From an uncultured Bacillota bacterium (GTDB lineage Bacteria; Bacillota; DTU025; MWDF01), in assembly GCA_963823655.1 (NCBI GenBank), contig CAWGMK010000012.1:103028-167027 (forward strand): DNA of 64,000 nt, written 5' to 3'. The position numbers and the translations under genes are program-made. This document shows, piece after piece, positions 1 through 11,432 of the stretch (the stretch's first letter is position 1; each line of letters starts with the position of its first letter). The notes under the pieces were generated by a model. It had not been told where the DNA came from, did not search any database, and saw only the letters and a program-made list of their open reading frames with translations.

Positions 1-8
1 TCAGCGGC

Positions 9-527
9 ATGGCGCCCGCCAGCATCTCCTTGAAAGCAGTCATGCTCAACTGCTACGACGGCTGGAGGCTCGCATCAGTATTCGACACCTCCGGCAGGGA
101 TGCCGCATGGACGGTATGGGCACAGGCAGAGGACAAGCTGCCCTTTGCGAAGCCCGATCCGGACGGCGAGATGAGATACGCAATGGATGCCCTCTCCGCC
201 TGGAAGGCGAGCTTCACGCTCGATCCTGCCCTTCATATGCTCTGCTATTCGCAGTCAGGGATTCAGCCCTACTTCGAAAACGGCGCAGGCGGCGACGACG
301 ATGCCTTCGACCTGCTGGCGCTCTCCGACCTTTTCTCGTCGCTGGAGGCGGGATCAGAGCTTCGGATATTCGACATAACGGCCAGCAAGGCGGGCAGGGG
401 CTTCGTTACCATAAGCTTTGGCTACACATTGCTTGCGGGAGGCTTTCCGGTGTTAGCCGGCAACTGCAGGCTCGGGATGGTGCCGGAGCGGGGCGGCTGG
501 GCAGTTGCGGGCGTAAGCCTTTTCTAA
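9..527 (+). CDS. hypothetical protein (probably 5'-truncated by window edge)
   Basis: 172-aa ORF with host-like codon usage, followed by a strong terminator; no motif recognised. Confidence 0.55.
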   Translation: MAPASISLKAVMLNCYDGWRLASVFDTSGRDAAWTVWAQAEDKLPFAKPDPDGEMRYAMDALSAWKASFTLDPALHMLCYSQSGIQPYFENGAGGDDDAFDLLALSDLFSSLEAGSELRIFDITASKAGRGFVTISFGYTLLAGGFPVLAGNCRLGMVPERGGWAVAGVSLF

Positions 528-582
528 ATCACTGGCGCAGAACGAAGCACAAATTCGGGTGCCGGAATTTCGCGCGAGTATT

Positions 583-620
583 GAAAAAGCCGAAGGCTTC
601 AATCTGCCTTCGGCTTTTTC
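583..620. terminator. bidirectional intrinsic terminator
   Basis: perfect 15-bp inverted repeat GAAAAAGCCGAAGGC/GCCTTCGGCTTTTTC between convergent genes. Confidence 0.85.
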
Positions 621-647
621 AGCTATTAATCAACTAAAGGATAAAGG

Positions 648-1361
648 CTACTTGCCTATTTCAATAATGACATAGACCTTATCCGAGGTAATGCTTGTGA
701 TGCGGGGGATCGATGCTTCTACCGGCCCTAGCGTCTTCAGGTAGTTCACATAGAAGGAGAGCACATCGGGGGAGAAGCCGTAGAGCGCATAGGGCTGGCC
801 CTTGTTCGCGCTGTTGACGACATCGGCTCCTACCGACACTGCCTTTTCGTCCATCTCGCCTGCCACCTTGTCGCTGAACCTGACCATAAGCTTCACTGCC
901 GCAGTCGCGGTATTCTCGGGCACAAGCGCCGCAAGCCCTCTCTGGATGACCCTCTCCATGCCGACCGACTGGTCCTCCACATAGGAGACAATGGTCTCGG
1001 GCGTCTCCTTGGGAAGTATAAGCTCAAACCATACGAGCCCTGCCGCAAGAAGCAGCAAGGACGCCGCTGTGGCACCTATAAGCACCTTGAAGAAGGGGTT
1101 CTTGAAGAGCGCTCTGAAGCTCGTCGCCGTCGGCAGCTGCCTCTTCGCTTCCTTTATAACAATGCGCTTGAGCTGGTCCCTGAACTCCTTGGGGACCACT
1201 ATGGGCTCAGCCAGCGCCGACATCATCTTCTTATATTCCGCAAGCTCCTCGCCGCATTCCTTGCACGATGCGCAGTGTACCTCCAGGTCCTGGGCCCTGT
1301 GGGCCTCAAGAGTGCCTGTGAAGTACTCGGCCATCTGCTCGCGGTAAACTTTACATTCCAA
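648..1361 (-). CDS. zf-HC2 (ZAS) membrane-anchored anti-sigma factor
   Basis: N-terminal HCASCKEC (HxxxCxxC) motif, single TM helix, overlaps 3' end of the ECF sigma gene. Confidence 0.85.
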   Translation of the reverse strand: MECKVYREQMAEYFTGTLEAHRAQDLEVHCASCKECGEELAEYKKMMSALAEPIVVPKEFRDQLKRIVIKEAKRQLPTATSFRALFKNPFFKVLIGATAASLLLLAAGLVWFELILPKETPETIVSYVEDQSVGMERVIQRGLAALVPENTATAAVKLMVRFSDKVAGEMDEKAVSVGADVVNSANKGQPYALYGFSPDVLSFYVNYLKTLGPVEASIPRITSITSDKVYVIIEIGK

Positions 1362-1944
1362 CGCCCTTCATCTCCGATCGTCCGTATGCTTCCCTCAAAC
1401 TTGCCACTGCTCTGTTAATCCTCGATTTGACCGTGCCCATCTCGATTCCGAGCTCCTCGGATATCTCCTGATAGGACATGCCTACGATGAATCTCAGCTC
1501 GAGGATCTCCTTTTGCATGTCGGGCAGCTTGCGCACAAGAGAGAGCATATGCTGCCGGAAGTCCTCCTTGTCCAATAGTTCCTCGGGTCCTGGCGCCCTG
1601 TCGGCAATCTGCCGCTCCATGGGCTCCCCGTCCTTGCCGCCCACCTCGCGGTCCAGGCTTTCCTGGGGCTTGCGCCTTCTTGCGAAATCGACTGCCGCGT
1701 TGGCGGCTACTGCGAAAATCCAGGTAGAAAGCTTCGAGTCCCCCCGAAACTGCTGCAAATAGGTGCACAGCTTCAGGAATACGCTGGATGTCACGTCCTG
1801 GGCGTCATGGTGGTCGCCCAGTTTCGAATAGGCGAGCCTGTAGATCTTGTCTACATACCTCTCATATATGGCTGTCATGGCGTTAGTGTCGCCCAACAGG
1901 TATTTCTCGGCCAGCTGCTCGTCGCTGAGCGCCTTGTAGTCCAA
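1351..1944 (-). CDS. ECF RNA polymerase sigma factor (SigW/RpoE-like)
   Basis: region 2 DAQDVTSSVF...FRGDSKLSTWI and region 4 SYQEISEELGIEMGTVKSRINRA; likely TTG start at 1944 after AGGAG. Confidence 0.92.
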   Translation of the reverse strand: MDYKALSDEQLAEKYLLGDTNAMTAIYERYVDKIYRLAYSKLGDHHDAQDVTSSVFLKLCTYLQQFRGDSKLSTWIFAVAANAAVDFARRRKPQESLDREVGGKDGEPMERQIADRAPGPEELLDKEDFRQHMLSLVRKLPDMQKEILELRFIVGMSYQEISEELGIEMGTVKSRINRAVASLREAYGRSEMKGVGM

Positions 1945-1984
1945 AGTATCACTCCTATTGCGCCGGACTGCTGCCTCGTAAACT

Positions 1985-2013
1985 TTGACGAAAGCCCGAG
2001 GCCTTTTGTTCTG
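1985..2013 (-). promoter_or_regulatory. putative ECF autoregulatory promoter
   Basis: minus strand cAGAAC-N17-CGTCAA about 40 nt upstream of the sigma start. Confidence 0.55.
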
Positions 2014-2227
2014 CTTGTCCGACCATAAATTGCGGGAAATTCCGCGCTGATGCGTAGGGCTTAAGGGCCGTCGGCAACATAATCTAGCGTAGCGGCTTCC
2101 CACACTACTAAACGAATATATCTTACCATTCTTCATGGGGCCAACGGGCATCTGCCGGCAGGCTCTGCCTAAAATGCATAAGGCCGGCAGCCTCCGTCAC
2201 CCTCAAATTCCGCGCCTTTGGCCCTGC

Positions 2228-3292
2228 CTATACCCTCAACAGGCTCTTCATCTCGTCCGGGTCGGTGGCATGCGCCATGCACTCGTCAAGCGAGATCTTG
2301 TTGTCCATGTATAGGTTCACAAGGGCCCTGTTCATCGTCTGCATGCCGGTCTTCGCGCCCGATTGTATGGCGGACGCGATCTGGTATGTCTTGGACTCCC
2401 TTATGAGGTTCCTGATTGCCGGGTTCGAGATCATGATTTCGACAGCCGGCACCACCATGTGGGTATCCTCCTGCACCACCGGCAACAGGAGCTGGGATAT
2501 AACGGCCTGGAGCGTAGTCGACAGCTGCAGCCTTATCTGGCGCTGCTGGGTCTCGGGGAAGACGTCTATCATCCTGTTTATGGACGATACTGCGTCGTTT
2601 GTGTGCAGCGTCGCGAACACCAGATGCCCCGTCTCGGCGGCGGTTATCGCAATCGAGACGGTCTCAAGGTCGCGCATCTCGCCGATTAGTATAACGTCAG
2701 GGTCCTGCCTTAGCACATGCCGCAGGGCGTCGTTGAAGCTCTTGGTGTCGGTGCCCACTTCCCTCTGGTTGATGATGCTTTGGATGTTGGTATGGGCGTA
2801 CTCTACAGGGTCTTCTATCGTCATGATGTTGTACCTGAAGGTGTGGTTGATGTGGTTGAGCATGGACGCAAGCGTCGTGGTCTTGCCGCACCCTGTGGGC
2901 CCGGTAACAAGGACCAGCCCCCTGGGGAAGCTTGCGATCTGCTTTAGCGTCTGCACGGGAAGGTTCAGCGAATTGAGCTTTGGCACCTCGGAGGGGATGT
3001 ACCTGCATGCGCAGCCGATCTTGCCTCTTTGCATGTAAACATTGACCCTGAACCTGCCGGTGCCCTTCGACTCGAAGGCGAAGTCCAGCTCCAGGTCCTC
3101 CCTGAAGCGGACGATGTGGTCGGGCGTCATCATGGAGAATACTATGCGCTCGACGTCGGCGGCGGAGAGCTTCTTTTCACTAAGGTTTCTTATCCTCTGC
3201 CCCGTCCTTATCAAAGGCGGCTCCCCCGCCACCAGGTGCAGGTCCGATGCGCCAAGCTTTACCGCATTGTGCATCATCTCGTGGATGGGCAA
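2228..3292 (-). CDS. pilT: type IV pilus retraction ATPase PilT
   Basis: ASDLHL N-terminus, Walker A GPTGCGKTTT, TIEDPVE, LRQDPDVILIGEMRD, AAETGHLVFATLHT, AIRNLIRE. Confidence 0.95.
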   Translation of the reverse strand: MPIHEMMHNAVKLGASDLHLVAGEPPLIRTGQRIRNLSEKKLSAADVERIVFSMMTPDHIVRFREDLELDFAFESKGTGRFRVNVYMQRGKIGCACRYIPSEVPKLNSLNLPVQTLKQIASFPRGLVLVTGPTGCGKTTTLASMLNHINHTFRYNIMTIEDPVEYAHTNIQSIINQREVGTDTKSFNDALRHVLRQDPDVILIGEMRDLETVSIAITAAETGHLVFATLHTNDAVSSINRMIDVFPETQQRQIRLQLSTTLQAVISQLLLPVVQEDTHMVVPAVEIMISNPAIRNLIRESKTYQIASAIQSGAKTGMQTMNRALVNLYMDNKISLDECMAHATDPDEMKSLLRV

Positions 3293-3311
3293 GGTAAAAC
3301 ACCTCCCAAAG

Positions 3312-4219
3312 CTAGGTCCGGCCCTGACGGCCGTCCTTTTCCCTTCTGTATCCCACGGGCCTTAGTATCCTTATGTACGCCGTGGCCAGGGCAATCTGGA
3401 AGAAAAGAAGGAATAAGTAGAATAGCCCCGCCATGAAGATGTTTGAAAATCCCAGCATGATATTGATCGGATCCGTCCTCATCTTCTTTGCCATGTCGTC
3501 GACGACGACCATAGTGGAGAAAACCCCGGTATCATGGAGATCGCGGCCGAGAAGACCCAGGCCGCCGGATAATAGATGGCATAAAGGGCCGCGATGCCGA
3601 ACCAGTTGCGGCTTACGAGCCTGCGGCTGGTCTCAAGCGCGGGCCACAGTCCAAGCTTCGCGTCTACCAGCAAGTAGGGGGCGAGCGACCAGGCAACTGC
3701 GAAGTAAAGGCATAGGGGTATCGCCCACCAGTTTATCTTGCTGCCGAACTCCTTCATAAGCCCGCTGAAAATAATGGGGGCCCAGATGGCTGCGGAAATT
3801 ATGAGAAGGCCGGGCAAGTACCTCAGCGCCTCCATGAAGTCGCTTTTGGGATCCTCGCTCTTTGTTATGTAGCCCATCGCCACGATGGAGGGGAGCATCC
3901 CCAGGCACATGATGATTATCGTCCTCAGGTAGGAGCCGAAGAGCGCGTCCGCGGCCACGGAGGCCCTGCCGGCTTGGTCGTAGTACAAATAGAAGCTTAT
4001 GCAAATGGCAAGAAGTCCGGGAATGGAGGAGAGCGCTATCGGTTTGAAGCGAGCCTTGAAAGTGACCCAGGCCTCCTCGAACCAGCCGAATATGTCCGTG
4101 GAGTAGCCGCTGACAATGACCTCCTCGAACTCGTTTTTCGGCGCTAATCTAACGTGCGCAAGCAGATTGACATGCGCAACGTTCAGCTTGTCTTCGAGCT
4201 TCCTGATCGGACTGGGCAT
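3312..4219 (-). CDS. multi-pass membrane protein, frameshifted near 3500
   Basis: hydrophobic ORF 3479-4219 continues in 3312-3512 in another frame; APYLLVD...ALETSRRLVSRNW pattern typical of DUF975-like proteins. Confidence 0.6.
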
Positions 4220-4335
4220 TGTACTTCCCCCCGATTGCTAATTGCGGTGCGCCTTTAAAAAAGTCTCCGTAAATAGATATTATTCAATGCCGGCCGGCGA
4301 TTACCTGCTTTAACGCACGCGCAAATGGAGGCGGT

Positions 4336-4374
4336 AAAAAGAGAAGGGCGGGGCATCGCTGCCCCACCCATTTT
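4336..4374 (-). terminator. intrinsic terminator
   Basis: minus-strand GGGTGGGGCA/TGCCCCGCCC stem followed by TTCTCTTTTT, downstream of the C69 gene. Confidence 0.65.
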
Positions 4375-4393
4375 GACCTGTATATGTGTCTGC

Positions 4394-6041
4394 TTACTTG
4401 CCCTGGTACTTGACCAGTTCGGGGTTGGTCTTCGGGTCGATCAATTCCTTCCACCATGTGGGCCACGCGGTCTGTCTCCAGTTCCTGGCAAGAAGCACAT
4501 CGCTCAGCTCTAGCCAGTCATTGTACCAGCCGACCGAGGTGTTGTAGCAGAACTCGCCCAAGAATGCCACGGCAGCCTTTGGATCCGTTGCATACATCTT
4601 GGTGGCGACGTCCTGGAGCTCGGCCATCTGCTTGTAGACAAGGGCCATCTTGGGCTGCCTGAGGGCGTCTACGACTTTGATGGCGTCAGCGTAGTTGAGG
4701 CCGATTATGGCCTGCACACCGGTGTTGATCCACCATCCGGAGTCGCGCCTGTACTCCTCATACCTTGAGCCGATGGCATAGAGGTCGGGAAGCTTTGCCA
4801 TCGCGGGGAACAGGGGGGTAAGGAAGCTGTGTCCGACTGAGCCGTAGCCGTACCATACGATGCCCCTGAACGGTGCGGGCAGCCATGACTTGACCTGGCT
4901 GATCTGCAGATAGGCGGTTGCGGGGATGCCTATCGGCCTTGGCGTTCCGCCGAGGTTGTAGTTGGTGAGCGGGTCGCCGTAGGGACCGGCGTGCGGGCCC
5001 TTGGTCAGGTCGTACTGCGTGCCTTCGTAATGGTCGCCGGAGATCTTCCATATGTCATGTACGGAGAGTTTGAAGTCGGGCTTTACGAAGTAAGGATACT
5101 CTGCCTGGTTATCGGGCAGTTTGAGAGACGGCGCTACGATGTCGTATACGCGCCACTCGCGCTTGTTGTGGGCATTTGATGCGGTTGGCGTAGATCTCAG
5201 ACGCCCTGAAGGGCTTGCCGGACTTAAGATCGTACCAGCCGTTGTCCACTGCGTAGGAGATGAAGTTGGGTGAGGTTATGATCTCATAGGTTACGCCGTT
5301 CTCGACGGGGTTCCTGGGGTCGATGTTGAAGCGGTGGCTATTGGCGCCCACCCATACCATGTCGTCCGGTACGCGGGTGGCTACCCATACCTTCGCTCCG
5401 AAGAACTCCATTGCCCATGTCTCTTTGCCGTCGGTGATGTCCATTATCTCGCCGCCGCCGCCGGTTACGTTCCAGCCGTACTCGTTGACGAGCTGGCCCA
5501 TGATCATGACGGCTTCGCGGGATGTGGCGGCGCGCTCAAGCGCCAGGTCCTGGAGCATCCAGCAGTCGAGTATGCCTTCGTCGGTGTCATACATCTTCTG
5601 CCTTACGGCCTTGCCGTAGTCGTTGGAGCTGCTGATGCCGGTTGTGCTTTCGCCCATGGCCACGCCCATCTCGTTTATGAACGAGTATCTGGAGTGGAAA
5701 TAGGTGTAGGTCTTCTTGACCTGCGGGATTTCCGCAAGGACCATCGCGCGGCCGTTCCTGTTCTTGGTGTAGTCAACTACGGGCCACTTGGAGTAATCGA
5801 TGTAGTCATGCCCGTCGATTACCACTGACCTTGTTGCCCCTTCGGGGAACTCGCCGCCTTTTAGAATCCAGAGCCTGAAGTCCGCGACGCCGGAGTCATC
5901 GTTGTGGGTGATGATCGCTGAGCCGTCTACGGTTGCCTTGTTGCCGACTGCGATGATGGTGCAAGCGTAGCTTACCGTAGTAAGCGCGAGCAGCATCACG
6001 AGCACGGAGGCCAGGACGATTAGAGTTCTGCGGGTCCTCAT
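4394..6041 (-). CDS. exported C69-family (Ntn) dipeptidase, split by 2 frameshifts
   Basis: signal peptide then catalytic CT (ACTIIAVGNKATVDGS), NEMGVAMGESTT, LALERAATSREAV; C-terminal part in 4394-4801. Confidence 0.85.
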
Positions 6042-6123
6042 GTTTTACACCTCACTTTATAAAATGGGCTGCTATTTGGAAAGAGGAGGGACTTTTTTAC
6101 ATCGGTCGCCTCCTCCGGTTCCA

Positions 6124-7282
6124 CTAGTTCTCGAATACGCGAGCCGGGTCCACGGTCGACGGATCCGGTAAGTAGCTGCCTAGCCCGTTTGTCATTATGT
6201 CGGTGTAGCGGGGGTATGAGAAGCCTACCGTCTTGTCCGGGTAGAACTGGTTGAACATGTTGATAAGCTCCAGAGAAGAGGTCAGCAGGCGCCCGACCCT
6301 GTTGTCTATGGTCTGCGCGTTGTTGATGTCATAAGCTGTGTACAAAAGGCCCTTGTCGGCCGCCCTCTGCAGGAACTCGTCCTTGCCGTCTATCATCAGC
6401 TGTTCGGTAATCCTGCCGACCACGCGGTCGATGAAGGGCTCGGCCGTCTCGACGAGGACTGCCAGGGTGTCGCTGTAGTCGCCGATTTCGCGGTGGGTGA
6501 GGCCGTGCAGGTTCTTAGGTGATACCTCGTTTTTAAGAGGGATCTCCATCTGCGCATACATTGAAGCGAGGGTCGCCAGCTCCTCTGCGCGCTGGTGGGC
6601 GACGTATGTGTCGACGACCGGGTACATCAAGGACGCTTCATGGAAGTCGATGGTCAAGTCAACCTTCTCGTTTCTTATAAGCTCCAATGTCGCAAACGAC
6701 ATGCGCTCTGTGAGCGTGCCGTTCGCCCTTCCGGGGAAGGTGCGGTTGTAGTTTCTAAGGTCCTGGTAGGCCAGGTTCTGGCCCGACGGGTAGTGTACAT
6801 AGGTGAACGGGTCCGGCCACTGGTCCAGATGCGCCGTCTCCCTGTCGCCGATTCTAAACACCTGCTGCCCCCAGCTTGTGGGGATGTGCAGGTACTGAGG
6901 GTAGGCGTTTCCGAGTATGCCCTGCGTCGAGGCGCTCATAGTCCGCCCTGGGCATGAGTATTATCCTGCCGGCCGTGATCTTAAGGTTTGCCATCATTAC
7001 ATAAACGGCAATCGAGCCAGCCGGCTCATAGGGGTGGGCGCCTCCGTAGATGAATACCGTGCCGCCGGGGTTGCCTGAGTCGAAGAAGTACACCGGAGTG
7101 TCCCCCAAAGTGCCCTTAAGGGTTGGGAGCCAGTCCGAAAGCATGCGTTTCTCTGTGAAGGCCTCTGATACTGTGACAATTTCCTTGTAGCCTCTAAGGT
7201 CGATGAACTCCGCGGATGCGAAGCCCGCAAGGACCAGGAACGCTACCAGGAATGCCAGCTTTCTGATGTTGGAGCTGCTCAT
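6124..7282 (-). CDS. AstE/AspA (M14-like zinc deacylase) family protein, membrane-anchored or exported; frameshift near 6940
   Basis: GGAHPYEPAG (HxxE), NYNRTFPG, IDFHEA, VLVETAEP motifs; N-terminal hydrophobic segment. Confidence 0.8.
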
Positions 7283-7295
7283 GTTCCTGTCCTCC

Positions 7296-7469
7296 TTACC
7301 TGATGTGCAATGCGCGCAGCAGGAATGGTATTACGGCGTACGCATACACGATGTCATAGACGAGATTCGTGCGGGTGGTCCTCTTGAACAGGGCCCTTAT
7401 GAGAAGAAGCCCGAAGAAGCCCGCCATCGCAAAGTAGATATAATGGATGATCTCCTGTAAAAACACCAT
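7296..7469 (-). CDS. small two-TM membrane protein
   Basis: 57-aa hydrophobic ORF with GAAGGAG RBS filling the operon gap. Confidence 0.7.
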   Translation of the reverse strand: MVFLQEIIHYIYFAMAGFFGLLLIRALFKRTTRTNLVYDIVYAYAVIPFLLRALHIR

Positions 7470-7488
7470 ATGACTCACTCCTTCGCTT

Positions 7489-8782
7489 CTATTTCACAAG
7501 GGGTACGAATGTCTTCGCGAATATCAGCATGCAAAGCGCGATTGCCGCCAGGAACAGCCAGGGCACCATGACAGCCTTAAGGAATTGCATGTAGGAGCCC
7601 TTGAAGCCGGTCTTCTCTATTGAGAGCCTTCCGACTATCCTGGAAGGCGGCAGGCAGTCGCCAAGCGGGAACATGAGGCTCAAAGCCGCAGCTACCACTG
7701 TTACGTTGATGCCGACCGAGTTGAAGCGGAATATTATCGGCACGCCGATGATGACGGCGCTGCCGTAGGAGAGCGACCCCTGTGCCAGCGGGCAGAACAG
7801 GAGGGCCGTTATGTAGATCCAGAGTATGGGAAGGGTTACGAAGTTGATGGCGATGAGCCCTCTTACGCCGGTAAGCGCCATGATGTTCACCAGAACGCCG
7901 ACGCTGACTAACGTTGCCACCAGCGGGAACACGGTCTCAATCGTCTTGGTCGTCACTTCCCACCAGCGCTTGAGGCTTCTTCTCTCCGGGTCGATGATCA
8001 TAACGAGCACCGCGCAGAGAAGGAAGGTGAGGGGAAGGCCGATTACGGGCATCAGATGCGCGCCGTACTGGGCCATGAGGATCAAGAACAGCACAAGTGC
8101 AAATGGCAGGGTCAGCCTTATCCAGTTCATGCCCTTGGCAGTGGGAGGAAGGCCTGCCAGCACTTCGGCCTTTGGCCTGGCCTTGGTACCCCTGCCGAAG
8201 AAGAAGACCGCGAATATCGTGGTGAGCACTACGGGGATCAACAGTATCTTGTTGAAGCCTACGTAGGGCATGTTCGCGCCGGCTGCCATCAGCATCGCCC
8301 AGAGGTTGATCGGAGGGGCAGGCGGCTGAAAGTATGGCAGTAATGAAAACGAAGGCAGCGCGCCTTTCGGGAGGGAAGCCCATGAACTCCAAGACGGTGG
8401 CGACGAGGCCGCCGACTACGAGTATGGAGACGCTTCCGGCGCCCGTGAAGGCTCCTGGGATCAGCATTACGAATGCCAGCAGGAACAGCATTATCCACTT
8501 ATGCTGGTAGAACTTCTGGACGAGGTTTCTTACCAGCGCGTTTGTTGCGCCTATTTCCGAGTAGAAGTTCATGAAAAGGGACGCGGTGATGAACAGCAGA
8601 GCAAGGTCGAAATAGGTGAGGGTGCCCTCGATAAGCAGGCGGATGGGAACTCCGAATCCGGCGACTAATGCTCCGAATATCGCCGTAATGACCATCGATA
8701 TTTCCGGCGATTTGAGCTTCCAGCTGCTAAGGGCGAAGACAGCGACCATTGCTACGAGCGTGTACGTGGTCTGAAGAGTCAT
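7489..8782 (-). CDS. DctM/CitM-like (IT superfamily) transporter permease; frameshift near 8320
   Basis: many TM helices, LIPGAFTGAGS and FPLGDCLPPS motifs across ORFs 7937-8797 and 7489-8295. Confidence 0.75.
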
Positions 8783-8795
8783 GCACAATACCCCC

Positions 8796-8829
8796 AAAAA
8801 TAGCGCCCCTGATTAAAAGGGGCGCTATT
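8796..8829 (-). terminator. intercistronic hairpin / partial terminator
   Basis: 12-bp IR AATAGCGCCCCT/AGGGGCGCTATT with minus-strand T run between the DUF6305 gene and the permease. Confidence 0.6.
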
Positions 8830-9445
8830 GGTTACTTGGAAAACATGGCTGCAATAATCCCCGGAAGGTCCGTAGTACGCCATGATCGAAATAGGTGAGC
8901 GGCACCTTATTCTTCTCAGCCAGCTTCTTGAACTTGCCGTCCGTGTCGCCGTCTTTCCTGATTATCATGTAGTCGGCGAACGGTGCGATTGCATCTATGC
9001 TCTGTTCATTTGCGCTTCCCGGAAGGCCTCTGTTGTCCTTGCCGTTTAGAAGCAGCGCCACGATCTTGATCTTCAGCTTCTTGGCCTCCGCCACCACTTT
9101 GTTGAGGCGCGCGATCTCATCCTCAATTGTTATGCCGGATGCCCCTAGGCCCTTGGCGCTGGAGCTAATCGCGAAAATTATGGTCTTGTACTTCGCAATG
9201 TCGGCCGGCTGCGGCTCGGCATTGTAGAAGTAGTTCGTCTCGTAGATGGTCACGGCCTTTGAGATGGGGTTGAAGTTTATGAACGTCCTCGTGCCCTTTC
9301 CGTCCGGGCCCTGTCCCGCGTTACTAAGTAGCATCGGGAACTCGAACTTCGGAGGAGTTGCGCCGGTGACTGCCGCCATCACAGGATTTGCCCCCATTAG
9401 CAGCATCATCCCGAGAAGAATCAGCAAGATTGAAATCCTCTTCAT
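8825..9445 (-). CDS. exported DUF6305-like protein (putative substrate-binding component)
   Basis: signal peptide; LLSNAGQGPD, SSSAKGLGASGI..EDEIAR, GDTDGKF resemble DUF6305 as recalled; the true stop may be slightly earlier (indel). Confidence 0.65.
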   Translation of the reverse strand: MKRISILLILLGMMLLMGANPVMAAVTGATPPKFEFPMLLSNAGQGPDGKGTRTFINFNPISKAVTIYETNYFYNAEPQPADIAKYKTIIFAISSSAKGLGASGITIEDEIARLNKVVAEAKKLKIKIVALLLNGKDNRGLPGSANEQSIDAIAPFADYMIIRKDGDTDGKFKKLAEKNKVPLTYFDHGVLRTFRGLLQPCFPSNQ

Positions 9446-9800
9446 CTATATTCTCCTTTCAATTAGGTTAATAACTACTGTTAATACGCACTGGCTGCCG
9501 CTATTGTTCGGCAGCATTAGCACACCATATCAATTATAGGTTATGGGTGGGAAGTCTAAAACAAAATTCGATTCTTGGTGCTCCGGGCGTTATGCATAAA
9601 TGAATATCGATATATGGCGGTTTATATGGAGGTTTCCGGAGGGCTTGGAAGTGCCCTCCAAATAATTGGGAAATTATGAATGTACTAATAAAAAACATAT
9701 GCTTCTTGGAGGAGAAAAACGGGATTCTGTATGCAACCACAAAAAGCAGAATCTGCCCCCCTGGGAATTTGGTGTATGATATTTAATCGTAGGAGGGAAG

Positions 9801-10998
9801 ATGAATCCCACAGTCATTGCAATCGCATCCGTCCTGCTCCTTGCCGCAGGCCTCATAGAAAACTCGCGCCACAGGCGCCTGCTTTCGTCCATCCCGATAA
9901 GGGTGAATGTGAACGGCACGAGGGGAAAGTCCACGGTAACGAGGCTCATCGCGGCGGGGCTGTCTGCCGGCGGTATCAGGACCGCCGCCAAGACCACGGG
10001 CACAGCCCCCAGGCTCATGCTGCCGGACGGCACGGAGGAGCCCATAAAAAGAAGGGGCAAGGCGAGGATCTCGGAACACATCTGGGTAGTGAAGAGGGCG
10101 CACAAAGCGGGGGCGAAGGCGCTCGTCGCCGAATGCATGGCCCTTGAGCAGGAGAACCAGAGGGTATATGAGGGGATGCTTGTCCGCTCCACAATAGGCG
10201 TGATTACGAATATCAGGCCGGACCATCTGGACGTAATGGGGCCGGGGCTTGAGGATGTGGCCCGCACGCTGGCGCTGACCGTGCCAAAGGGCGGTTACAT
10301 GGTGGCAACGGACGGCCCATATATAAACATCGTTGAGCAGGAGTGCCTGAAGAAGGGCACGAAGCTCGTGCTCGCGGACGCTAAAGACGTGAGCGCTGAG
10401 GAGCTTGCGCTCTTCGGCTACACTTCGTTTGCCGAGAATGTGGCGCTGGCTCTAAAGGTATGCGAGCTTGCGGGGGTCGACAGGGGCACGGCTTTGAGGG
10501 GCATGCAGGCGGCAAGGCCCGATCCAGGGGTTAGCCCCATTGTGGATCTGGAAGTTTCGGGCAGAAGGCTTCACATCGTGAACGCATTCGCGGCCAATGA
10601 CGTCGAATCCACCATTAAGATGTGGGACGACTTCGTAAAGCCCATGCTTGGCGATTACGCCATGTCATTCATAATGGTGAACAACCGCGAGGACAGGCCG
10701 CAGAGGGTGGAGGAGATGTCAGTGATGGCAGCGTCCTTGCCCGTCGACCGCATATTCTATATAGGTAAGCTGCAGGCGCTGGCAAAAAGGCTTACGCCGA
10801 AGGGCGGACGCAGCAGCGACGGCATCTGCACAGGTGGAGCTGGTGAAATCGGGCAAGCCACAGGATATGCTTGATGCGATCGCAAAGCATATGCCGGAAG
10901 GCGGGTCGGCCGTTGTGCTGCTGGCAGGAAACACCAAAGGGGCAGGGAGCCTGCTCACGGAATATATCAGCTCGATTTCGGGAGGTGGGCCCAGATGA
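9801..10998 (+). CDS. pgsB: poly-gamma-glutamate synthase PgsB/CapB; frameshift near 10803
   Basis: VNGTRGKSTVTRLIAAGL, AKTTGT, ECMAL, TNIRPDHLDVMGP, NAFAAND, NNREDR; C-terminus (GNTKG) continues to a TGA overlapping the pgsC ATG. Confidence 0.93.
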
Positions 10999-11423
10999 TA
11001 GGCAGCTCTGTAACGCTAGGTGTGGTATTCAGCTTCCTTTTCGGGGAGCTGTCGGGGCTTCTGTCGGGCGGGCTTGTGGGGCCGGGCTATCTGGCCCTTT
11101 ACCTCGACCAGCCGGTGAGGGTGCTGGCGACGCTTGCGATCGCGGGCGTGACTTACCTGCTAGTGAAGCTTGTTTCGAACTACGTAGTGCTGTTCGGCCG
11201 GCGCAGATTTATGGCGATGGTCCTGGGCGGCATGCTAATAGGCTGGCTTTTGGGCAGGGTGGTCTCATGGGTGCCGGAGATCGGGCAGGAATTCAGGGCG
11301 GTAGGTTACATCATACCGGGGCTTATAGCCAATGACTCGTACAAGCAGGGCTTTTTCAAGACGGCGGCTTCGACTTTGCTGGTGGCGGGGCTGGTTCGCC
11401 TGGCCCTTCTGCTCATCTATTAG
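10995..11423 (+). CDS. pgsC: poly-gamma-glutamate biosynthesis protein PgsC/CapC
   Basis: GGLVGPGYLAL, LFGRRRF, GYIIPGLIAN...KQG. Confidence 0.93.
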   Translation: MIGSSVTLGVVFSFLFGELSGLLSGGLVGPGYLALYLDQPVRVLATLAIAGVTYLLVKLVSNYVVLFGRRRFMAMVLGGMLIGWLLGRVVSWVPEIGQEFRAVGYIIPGLIANDSYKQGFFKTAASTLLVAGLVRLALLLIY

Positions 11424-11432
11424 GCGGTACTC

